A stretch of 64,000 nt of DNA from Utricularia gibba (lineage: Eukaryota; Plantae; Magnoliophyta), in the NCBI GenBank assembly GCA_002189035.1, contig NEEC01000016.1, positions 186,001-250,000 on the forward strand, read 5' to 3'. A program made the position numbers and the translations under genes. Shown here in pieces: positions 53,569 to 64,000 of the stretch (position 1 is its first letter; every line of letters begins with the position of its first letter). The notes beneath the pieces are model-generated. The model searched no databases and had not been told where the DNA came from. It saw only the letters and a program-made list of their open reading frames with translations.

Positions 53569-56178
53569 TCATATTTGCTTCACCAGATCTCTCACTATCA
53601 GATACCTGAAAGCAAAGCTGTGGGCAGTCCACTCAATGCTTCTCCGGTTGTTTGTCTGCTGGCATTTCTTGATACACTTTGTCAAAGAATCAGGCAAAGA
53701 CTGCTGGATCATCTTCATGATACCAGCTTGGCATAATCCCGAGTCCTTGGCGAAGCAGTGTATGATCTTGGGGAGAAGGATTCTGTGGTCTTTTCGGACG
53801 CCAAACGTCGCTCGAATGTAGTCGTCCTTCGCAGCTTCCAGCTCCTGAAACACCCTTTTCGGGTTGTAAACGCGAACCTGCGAATGCCGGACATGGGGAA
53901 CGAACATTCACCTCAACGGTTGTGTTGAAGTAGAAAGAAAGGGAAGGAGGAGAGAGTTACAGCAGGGTCAGAGTGGCATCCGGAGGAGAGTGCGAAGTAG
54001 AGAAGAGGCTCAGGGCGATGGATACCATAGGCCTGCTTTTTACCAGGAGCTTTGAACTTTGATTTTGAAGGGAGCAACAGCCTCATCCACTGCGCAAAAC
54101 GCTTGGAGGATCAACTTAGACTTTACAGGAAAAGACGCACATTTTTGGTTCCTTGATTCTTTGAAGGAAGAGTTGAAGGAGCATTGTACCTGCACTGGTC
54201 GATACATCCTGCATCCCAGGATTGAGTTCTGGATAAAATCTGCACTCACAACATGACCTCCGATATTGTATGCGGCCTGTTGACAGAAGAAAGTCTGAAT
54301 ATGTAACCAAGTTCCAGGCTCACAAGGAGAAGAAGCTCATCACCTTCATTTGTAGTAGCATTCGCTTCATGTTGTTCTGGGGGACACCGAACGCGAGGAA
54401 CGCCTATAAGTCGCACAATAATCAACAATGGCAACTAAGAAGGGCTAGAAGACAAGGATCAGATTCAGTTGCAAAGGAATTATACGTGCATCAAAAGGGC
54501 ATTGTGTATGTTTATCCAAAATGCTAGCTTCTCCTCATGTGTCATCCTCTTAGGATCTACGCCTTCCAGCTGAGAAATGAGAGACCTGTTGGAACTATGG
54601 TCAGTAAACCTGAAAACCAGGGATGTTAGCAAGGAAGCCATAGAATGACTAGGGAAACCTGAAGTTCTCTAACAAGCAATCGACATCCGCCAATTTTTTA
54701 CTGTCCCTGTATAGCCAGTTTACTTCGATCATTGTGCTGTAGGGGCCGCTGAAGTCCTTCAGCCCGTGGACATGAAAAGGGTTGTCCAAGCAAACATCGA
54801 AGCCAGAATCGTTTCTGAATCTGGGGCTCAAAGAGTCAGATTGATATTTTGGAGAGAAACCACCCATAGAGGAGAAAGATGATGTGGGAGACGAGAGATG
54901 ATTCTCTGGTCGAGGATCTGCAAGTTTGAAGTATATGCTGCACATGCACTTAACCATATCTTCGGATAGTTTGTTAGGAGTTGCGGGAACATGATCAGAA
55001 ATTCGGGCACCAAGGTGTTCTGCCAGGCTGATCATGTGAGCTGGAGAAGAGTTCCCAGCATACTGCAATACCACATACCAAAAGTGCTACTTCATGCAGT
55101 TGGTGAACAGTGAGTTCATCTCAGTAAAAAAAATTATATACCTCCATCATGGACAAAGGTTGAGAATGATATGCACGCAGAGGGGAACCTTCAGATGGCA
55201 GAGGTGAATGTTGCACCATAGACGACTGAGAACGGTGCACCTCTGAATCTGTTCTCCTAGATTCCTTCTTTGATTTTGTGGGAGCAGCTTCTGATGCTAA
55301 CTCACCTGATGTGGCAGTATGTGGTGCAAAGAAATCTAAATGCCCTCTCCTCGGTGTTTCCAGAGAAGGCTTATATGCTTCATCTTTTTTCAAAGAAATT
55401 GGTTGATCAAATGCTTTCCTGTATAGTGAAAGGAGATACTGTTCCAAGTGCGCAACTTCTACCTCCAGCACTGCGATTTCTCTTATTAGTTCTGTGGCAG
55501 GCTGGAATTATCAAACCATCAGTACATGTAAAAAAGAATCATTCTTTTTAGAAAATAGGATCCACCTTAGAAATAGTAGCTTCAGTGGGCATATTCTCGG
55601 TGCAGATAGCCTCGTAACCGAGTGCCTTCTCAAGAGCACATCGAACCGAGACCTGGTTTCCCAGCCGTTTTTCAAGCATGAGTATCTGAAGGTAACATAC
55701 ACAAACAATCCAATGTTGGTATCAAGAACAAAGGCAAGGTCAAGTTCAGAAGATGAGGAGTCATCCTCACCTCATGCCTTAAAGACCGACGAGTTTCAGC
55801 ATTTGATAATGGCTTCTTATCGCAGTTGGGAACATTCAAGCCTCCCATACCCTGAAGGCAAAAGAATGATCATTTCCACATGCTGTAGAATCATTGCAGC
55901 AACGAATGCAACTTGCAACTCCAATGCACAAGTCATAATACCATATCCCCATGATCAGCTGACCCGGCATGGCCAACTGAAGGATCTTCAGCTGCTTTGC
56001 TATCAGGAAAGCTGACATTGCAACAAATAGTTTAGGAAAGAAGCAAGTTGGTATTGATAGAGAAATTAGATGCAATCTTCATTTACTAGCATTTGGCAGT
56101 GAAATTAGGTTACCTCTGAGAGCGCTTGTGTCTCACCAGAGCAGAGCGTTTGCTGCTGCTAAATCCGTGAAGATTCAT
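53569..56178 (-). CDS. DUF547 / ternary complex factor MIP1 leucine-zipper protein, 11 exons
   Basis: RHKRSQS, ILMLEKRLGNQVSVRCALEKALG, PATELIREIAVLEVEVAHLEQYLLSLYRKAF, PNKLSEDMVKCM..IY.KL, EEKLAFWINIHNALLMH, AAYNIGG, PEPLLYFALSSGCHSDPA/VRVY and FAFRYL. Confidence 0.92.
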
Positions 56179-57716
56179 TTCAGCACCAGAAAGAAACCTA
56201 TTTCACATTCTCCCTCAGTTAGCAATCAATGCTTAAAAATGCAACAAAATGCAAGAAATCTTACTGCCCACCAAAATGATCGGTTATGAGCAACAAGAGA
56301 GGGCCCTTGCAAACCTCAGCTCCAGTCAAAACCCTTTTTCATCGTTGGATACAAGCTTTCCTTTTCAGTGAAAGTCTAGAGCCCAGAACAGAAAAAAGTC
56401 AGTGATATGCACATACGAAAATGGACGGATGGTGAGGTGACTCCTTTGACAATACAAGATGCTTTCTTTCGCAAAGAAAAGCTCAAAACCGTGCAACGTT
56501 TTCACCCGTTGGACTTTTGGTGTTCACAGAAGCAAAGGCAAACAAGAAGATAGAAACCATGGGGTACATTGTAAGCTTTTCTTTATAGAAGGCGAAAGCC
56601 TCACTGGCCAGTGTCAAAACGAACACAGGAAAATGCTACAACAAGGGAATCATAGCAACGTGAAAACATATGCCTTTGGAGTGAAAGACATGGAAAATGT
56701 GCATAGCTGCTTTACCTTTGAAAAGAAAAGTTTATCTTTTTTTCGCGAGGGTGGATTAGCTTCAACCCCATTTACGTTTCGTTCCTTTTGCCTTGGTCAC
56801 TACAATACAAATCTATTACACTGTGGCACGTATAAAATTCTCTGTAAATAACTATACAGCTCACAAAGAATGTGAAGATGACAAAACAAGAAACGACGGA
56901 GAGAAATGGCTGTTAGATGAAGAATCCGATAGAAAAAAGGGACTGAAAAAGGAGAGAAAAGATTTGTCAAACAATAAAGTGAAAGCAAAAGGTCACGGAA
57001 TGGGGAATGAGAAATTCGAGGTACAATCTTGCATCACATTTTACTTACATCACGATTGATCAACTCCGTAATAAGACTTGTGGGTGTGCTTCATTTCTTC
57101 ATGAGAAAAATCGAAACTTGTAGTATGTCCAGTTGTCCAAGAGAAACACCATTTGTCTTAGAATCACACAACATCATTTTGGAATCATCAGGGATCCTGG
57201 ACCTCACCTTGTTTGTCATCATGTCCAACGGTTGTTGTCAACTTTGTCTTTTCATTTGGAAACCGCTTTTCAAACATTAAAGCCGTATCTCACATACAAA
57301 TTAGATCCGAAGATACAAGAAATATTCGTATAAATAAAATTCAAATAAAATATTCCAACAGAATATACAATTAATGGTGTTTGATATACAACCCTGGCTC
57401 AAGAAATGAGCTTTTTTTTACAGGGATCTGGACAAAGAAGTCAATGCCAAAGGTAAATGGCTGAGGGATATGGAATCTGAAAAAAAACAATCAGTAAATC
57501 ACTTATCACTTTCTCCTCTCCCCATAGAAAACGAGGCAGAACCAAGAATCTTTTTGGTTAAGAAAGAATGACATTTTAAGGGCAAAAAATGAATGGAATT
57601 TCAAAAATCAGTTCCCCGATGTTAAGTTCAGATTCCCCAGAGTTATCTCGTACCTCAAATCCCTACACAGCTTTACATGTTTCTAATTTTTGACTTGCAG
57701 ATGTGCTTTTCGCCAA

Positions 57717-59070
57717 CTACAGTTCCATGTGTATGAATTGGTTGCTCCTAGTCGCACGTCCCAATTTGCTTCTACTTCTAGTCATTGGACCACTATGTCC
57801 TGTCACCTCGTGCGACTTGGATCCATTGCCTTTTGATGGAGTGGAATGCGGGATGCTGCTAGACTTAGTAGTTTTCGTCTTTACAGGCCGGTTTCGTTTC
57901 GGATTGTCACAGCTAGAAGAATCATCCGCTCTTGGTGGTGATTTGCATAATCCTGATTCGAAAGATAGTGTAGCGAACTCTTCCCAGTAGTATGGAAATC
58001 CAATCACAAAGTGATCATACACCTGTGAGGGCAGAGGAGTTCAGCAGTTTGTGAAAGGGGTATGAGAAAATAATTGGAATCCGAAGTTTGATGGCTCAAA
58101 ATGAGTAGCAGCAGCATTTTATGCTGCAACGAAACTGGACGAATGGAATAATACCTCAGGTGGGAATCCGTTTGCATGAGTGCGAGACCGATTTAGATGC
58201 CCATGGATTGTGACCACTATGCCATCAACTGTCATAAGTGTAACCGCATCATGCCGTTTTGCTATTGCAGCAGATGAAAACACTCTTATGCCTTTGTTCC
58301 TGTTACATCAGAATCAAAAGGCATTACAACCATACACAATACACCTGACAATGACCAACGAAGTTTTTCAGTATCACTATCAATAGCTACTACCATTGAA
58401 GGCAAAGCCACAAGAGATTACGACCCATCCAACAAAGCAATTAGAACAACTAATGTGAATGGTGAAGGCGCAAAAAGACAAGTATCATGAATCATTATGA
58501 TGCATCTGAGTAGTTCGTTGACCAAATAGATGATCAAGATTCCCATTAGTTTATCCTCATGGTTGCCTGATATAGATCACAAAAATATGTAGCTTGCAAG
58601 TTCCAATTTTGATGGAATGATCGCATGGATACAATGCAAAACACTCTAAACAAAATGAAGTTACCAGAACATCAATTATACAAGTTCAAACACAGAAGTT
58701 TACTCGTTGACACATTTATGAGGATTTAAATATTTGCCCAGAAACAGCGTGATAAATAAGAACACGAACACAATACTTACTCCTTAGAAGAGAATCCACC
58801 AATTCCCAGCCTTGCCTCCTTAGAACCCTTATCCGATTTAATCAGCCACCAATCTTGCAAGAACACCTTGCAGATAAAAATCAATCAACATCAAATTCTC
58901 TCCCGTACTAGCCCAGCATGACAAAAAAAAAACTAAAAAATGCAGACCAATTTCAACGTGGAGACACTTATAGCCGAATGTTGGGTGTTTGCTGAATAGG
59001 CCGACGGGGTTTCAAGGCAACTTCCTGCCGGCGCTGCGACGGTGTTTTCCCTGCCCCGCTTCGCCTTCAT
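57717..59070 (-). CDS. SANTA-domain protein, KNL2/EMB1674-like (about 219 aa); exons 59070-58948, 58866-58781, 58299-58155, 58022-57717
   Basis: Spliced frame gives VFLQDWWLIKS...LGIGGF...IRVFSSAAIAKRHDAVTLMTVDGIVVTIHGHLNRSRTHANGFPPE/VYDHFVIGFPYYWEEF, i.e. the DWW...GFP.xW SANTA signature. All junctions are GT-AG and in phase. Confidence 0.85.
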
Positions 59071-59678
59071 TGTCTCACCAGAAATGCTTTATTTATTTAT
59101 TGTTTATTTTTTCCGTGTGCCGTAGGGCAAATAGAACAAAGGCGCCTCTGTTGAGGCTAATTTCGTCATTTGCTAAGCGCATTCTACCCCAATTCCACTT
59201 TCTTCTTTCGACTTCCGTCTTGCTTGCGGGAGCTCCTTGCGTATTCATTCATCTTCTGAAGGTGAGGATTATTAAGCATTGACTACCAATACTTTCTGTT
59301 TACAGACATTGATTTTCACGCTTGCCCATAAAATATTGCTTTTTGTGGTTGATTTTGTGTAAGTGAAGAAGGTTGAGCGTTCACTTGAGCGATGTGTGCT
59401 CACAAAATGTTCACTGTATACCCATCTGCACACTATATCACCAGTTTGAAATGTCTGCTTATTCCAGTCGTTTTTCGAACAAAAATTGTGGGGTTCTGTC
59501 TTTTTCTTTTCCTTGTGTTCCAGGACGAAAGCACATGCGTGTTGCTGTTTCCTCTTTTTGTTTATTGCTGTTTCAGTTTTAAATTGCTGCTGCGTTATCA
59601 TGTATGCATTATTTTTCTCTTCATATATTGTGCATGGGTTCTTGATTTTCCCGGGAAAAACTTTTCATGTGCTGCAGG

Positions 59679-61004
59679 ATGGAAGAGCCATCTTTTCTCA
59701 CCAAAATATTGCTTAACCTCCGGTCCACCTGCAAGTATGTTATCATAAACATTTTTTAATACCTTGTATGATGCCAATGGTATGATCCCTTTCAAAGTTC
59801 AACATGTACAAGTTTCTTTTTTTTTTTTTTACCTATGTAGTTCCTGCTTCATAGTTTTGAAACAGCTTCTTAGCCATGAGGTACTAGCATTCTAAATGGG
59901 TGTTCATGCTTCGATGGATCCAGTAGGTCCTTGTTTGGGAACTATGAACAGCGGGCATTTTTTTAATAAAGTGATTATTATGAATCGGTTGGATGTGTTT
60001 CACTGTGTCAGTTTGTGAGGAAAGGCTTGAAGTTGTGCAGTCTTTTGAACTGTGTAGTGTCCTTTAACGCGCTGTTGCTTCTAGCGCTCTTTTTTTTCAC
60101 TATCTGGGAGAAAGGTTAGTTGTAGGCGACTGCTATATTTTGAACTCTTGAAAGTTAGTTTATGATCATGTAGGTACTACACCGGCTATCCAAAGGATCT
60201 CGGGCCTTCCAAAGTTCTTCACTTTTCCTCAGAAAGGGAGTTTGTGCAGCTTCTTCATCAAGGCTATCCGGTGGTTGTTGCATTTACGATCAAGTACAGA
60301 TGATTCCCCTTCACGTTCAGGTTTGATTAAGCTATGAAATAATATTTTGATTCATGAACAACATTGTAGGTGTAGCCTCACCAAACCTCTGGATGCAGTA
60401 CTAGAGGAAGCTGCAGCAGAGTTCAATCCAGATGTTAAATTTATGCGCGTAAGCTGATGCTTCTGCAGTTCATTGTTCTCTTTTAGACTTGTAACCCCAC
60501 AAAAAATCTGTCGCTAAATCCCAACTAAGATCGTTGATCATCATCTTCTCATCATAGGTTGAGTGTCCAAAATATCCAGGGTTTTGCTTAACACGCCAGA
60601 AGAAGGAATATCCCTTCATAGAATTGTTCTACAACCCAGAGCAGGTAAACTCTTCCCTTCTTCACGACTTAACAGTGCTGTGCTTACCTTGCTGGAGTTG
60701 GCAAATAACATACGACCATACTGTTGCTTCTGTTATGCAAGGCCAAGACTCAAAGCAAGGCCGGTGATCCAAATGTCACCAAATACACAGTCAAAGTTTT
60801 ACCGGTAATTTCATCCTCACTAATACCTCACAGTGCACATAGTTGCATTGCATTGCATTGCCTTGCCTAGCCTAGCCTCGTACCAGTCTCCTCAGGTTGT
60901 GTTTATGTTACGATTTGCAGTTCAATTACGACGTGAGTGCTTATGGATTCAGAGAGTTCTTCAAGCGCCATGGGATTCGATCACCCCATAGAAGTGATGA
61001 CTAG
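59679..61004 (+). CDS. Small thioredoxin-fold protein without CxxC, 6 coding exons
   Basis: MEEPSFLTKILLNLRSTCK/YYTGYPKDLGPSKVLHFSSEREFVQLLHQGYPVVVAFTIK/...EEAAAEF.PDVKFMR/VECPKYPGFCLTRQKKEYPFIELF.../FNYDVSAYGFREFFKRHG. It resembles a conserved plant family (At5g57230-like, from memory). Confidence 0.85.
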
Positions 61005-62783
61005 TTCTGAAGCCTCAATGGAGCATGGAAACGAAGCCTAGGGGAGTGTTCATGTATTGGTGGAGGAGTTGGTAAAACCAAGATAAGAAAACAAGGTGTT
61101 AGCTGGTAGTTCTGAGACTGAATGAACTTGTGGGTGCCTTTTGAAATTAACGATAAAAGAAGTTCATTTATAATATATTTGAGACTTTTGGGGTGCCTTT
61201 TGAGAATATATAAATTATTTCCAAGAATATGTTATTATTATTATTATTATCCTGATAGTAAAAATTAATTTGGTCGTAGAAAGTAAATAGGAATATCCAA
61301 TAATGCCCTCACCACTACCATGAAGCATGTCCCTCTGCCCTGGAAAACCCTTCTAAAGAAATGCTTTTTCATCTCACCCCTTTCTCTCTCTCTTCCCGTC
61401 TGTGCCACTTAAAATTCGATGTCGACCTACCAATTTCTTCATAGTTCTTAGTACCCCACCTTCTTCATCCTCAAGACCTTCACTTTTTCAAGTCTGCTTT
61501 CTCTTAGTGGACCTGTGCCGTGTTACATAGGGGCACACACATTTATATGTAGAATATGTATATATTTTATGTGTATTGTGTGTTTGCCCATCCCAATTCT
61601 AACGAATCTGGTTCCTCACACACGACCCACATCAGAGATGTGTTTCTCTAGTAACTTTAATAATTTCCCTAGTCAAAATCTTGCCAAAACGAACAAACCC
61701 ACATCCAAGAAACGCTAAAAGGGGTGATCTACAACTTCTCTGAGGTACATTAACATGGATTCTTGTCTCAATGTCTGTAACTGGCCATGCCTCCTCTTTT
61801 GTTGTTACTGACGTGTGTGTATGCGTATCTCTGTATGTGTAACATGACTAATGGCAGCATTGTCGTGACCTGGCTACAAGGCTTCTCACCCGATTAATGA
61901 AATTGGTTTTGGTGGGACTTTGGAATCTGCTTCAGTCCGTTTGTTTTCTGGGTTAACTGAATTGGTTCTTCAAATGATTGAAATTTTTGTGCTTGTGGGT
62001 TGCAAAAATTGAGTTCTGATATGCTTCCAATTCTTCCCTATTGTACACCTTGTTAGGGCCCTCTTCGCGTTTGCTATAATGGTTCTTGAAACTCTAATGG
62101 ATTTTTTTTTTCCGCCGGTTTGGCTTTGCACGTTCAATTTATGCCTCTTAATCTGAGGGTTTGTTATTCAATTTACGGGCGTGAGTTAATTAGTCGGAAC
62201 TCAACTGTGTGCCTTGTTACAGCCTTGCACGGCATTGCTGTCTCAAGTTTAACTGTAAAAAAAAGCATCTTGGACAGTTTTAGTGTCAGGATTTATTGGT
62301 CTTGTTCGAGATGAGGCTGTACAGGTTGTTACAGATATATGCATAGATGTTTTTGACAGTCGTGATTGTGTTACAGCTTATGTGTTTTGACAGCTTAAAA
62401 AATGCATGCCATTTCACACTGCTTGGTTTTGATGTTTGCTTGTTTTTTATATCGCACTTACAATATATTTGATAGGTTAAAAAATGGTTTCCTTGGAAAG
62501 CATAGGCATCATTCAATCATACCTCCTTGTCTGGGTTTCGTTGGATTCTGAAAATCGGATTCTGAAAATCAAAATTCTCTCTTGTTGATGAAGTCCCTGT
62601 GTGTGTCGGTGTATTAGAAAGTTGTTTGTAGAAGTGAGGGAATAAGATATGTTTCTAGATATAGATCACTCATCAATGCCTTGTGACGTGGAGTCAGCGT
62701 TAATTTGAAACTTTTCGGTGAGCTGCCTTGTTGCTTTTCCTCAGGGGATGCTGTGAATGTAAACTGGAACCAAGTAGTAAAGC

Positions 62784-63914
62784 ATGGAGGTTCTTTCATG
62801 TGCTGATGCTCATCATGCCGGAGAATCTGATGACAAGGTTTCAGAAGCAGCCATGGAACCAGAACAAGTTAGAACAGATATTAATTTTGATGGAATCCCA
62901 AATCCGGCTGGAAGCTATCATGAAGTAAAAGAGAATGATAGTTGCGCTGTTTTGGATAATTTCCTCCCCTCAGAAGGCTGCTCTAATGGTGAAACGTTTT
63001 ATGAACTTGAACTTGAAGGTCAGAACCTTTCTTGCTATTCACATGGTTCAGATGACGATTCAGAAAAGGGAAATGACGATCATTTTCATGGTCCTGATTT
63101 TGCATTGGAGAACCCAGATGCAGCAGAGGATACAGCTGAAAGTGAAATGGCTACGAACAGCTCCACTAGAAGCTCATCCCACTCTCAAGCCAACACCATG
63201 GAAACAGATAAACCCCAGGCAGTATGGGTAAAGGTATCTTTTATTATTGTTTTGGGCCAATTTAGTTACCTGTACCATTTGTTGTGAAATCCGATTGCGG
63301 TATCCAGTATGCTATTACAAGTCCATCTAAAATGCTCACTGTCATATCCTAAATCTTTCATCCACAGTGGAGAGGGAAATGGCAGTCAGGGATAAGATGT
63401 GCAAGAGCTGACTGGCCGTTGTCCACTTTGAGAGCAAAACCAACGCATGATAGGAAACAGTATCATGTGATATTCTTTCCCCGAACAAGAAATTACTCAT
63501 GGGCTGATGTTCTCCTGATTTGTCCAATCAACGAATTTCCACACCCCATTGCATACAGTAGTCATGTAATTGGTGCAAAGATGGCGAATGATTTGAGTGT
63601 TGCTCATCGATTTATCACGCAGAAGCTGGCTGTGGGAATGCTCAATATTCTTGACCAATTGAACCGTGAGGTTTGCTCTAGGCCAACCTTATATTGTTGT
63701 TCTTTACTACTTCCTTGGCAATGTGATACAATAATTATGATTGCCATACCAGCTTCCTTTTCATTCAATTTTCATTATGAATAATATCTCATGGGAATAT
63801 CAGGGTTTGGTGGAGACTGCTCGAGATGTGAACATTTTGAAGGGTTTTGCTCGGGAAGCTTCGCATTGTAAAGAGTACAGTGAACTAGGAGGGATGCTTT
63901 TGAAACTTCAAACT
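62784..63914 (+). CDS. SUVR5: 5' part of SUVR5-type histone-lysine N-methyltransferase, running off the window end; exons 62784-63233, 63368-63670, 63804-63914
   Basis: QAVWVK/WRGKWQSGIRCARADWPLSTLRAKPTHDRKQYHVIFFPRTRNYSWAD...INEFPHPIAY...QKLAVGMLNILDQL is the conserved SUVR5 N-terminal block. The SET and zinc-finger domains are not in the window. Confidence 0.88.
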
Positions 63915-64000
63915 GTAAGGATTTATTTTCTATCTTTGATTAGATCCTTTTGTAATTGTAAAGAGCTTTTACCCCACCAACAATGATTAATTTTCTATCT

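Noticed and set aside
62545-62572. 14-bp tandem duplication GGATTCTGAAAATC x2, plus graded microsatellite at 60843-60878 and direct repeat at 61133/61191
   Set aside because: Ordinary slippage or footprint-scale repeats in noncoding DNA.

Overview
This is a gene-dense stretch of a eudicot plant nuclear genome with short GT-AG introns and AT-rich intergenic DNA; the species cannot be determined from the sequence. It holds about 17 protein-coding loci, in order: an internally deleted KH-domain pseudogene, a miR164-targeted NAC (ORE1/NAC100 clade), a divergent VTI1 SNARE, a GNOM-like ARF-GEF, SnRK1 alpha, a group I WRKY, DUF179, DUF863, a PLS-E PPR, DUF4336, glucosidase II alpha, UVR8, an ATAF/ANAC102-type NAC, a BTB-NPH3 protein, PsbO, DUF547, a SANTA-domain KNL2-like protein, a thioredoxin-fold protein and the 5' end of SUVR5. 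Gene order resembles conserved eudicot microsynteny; that comparison uses Arabidopsis loci recalled from memory and needs checking. Six genes or junctions show the same defect, one missing base in a G/C run, which points to assembly homopolymer errors rather than pseudogenes. I found no rRNA, tRNA, CRISPR array, intact transposon or recognisable miRNA hairpin, and no clearly new biological system. The best leads are the diverged VTI1 copy, a compact as-1/G-box/MDM/CGCG module upstream of the ATAF NAC, unusual substitutions in UVR8, and unexplained transcription-unit-like islands at 46.6-48.7 kb.
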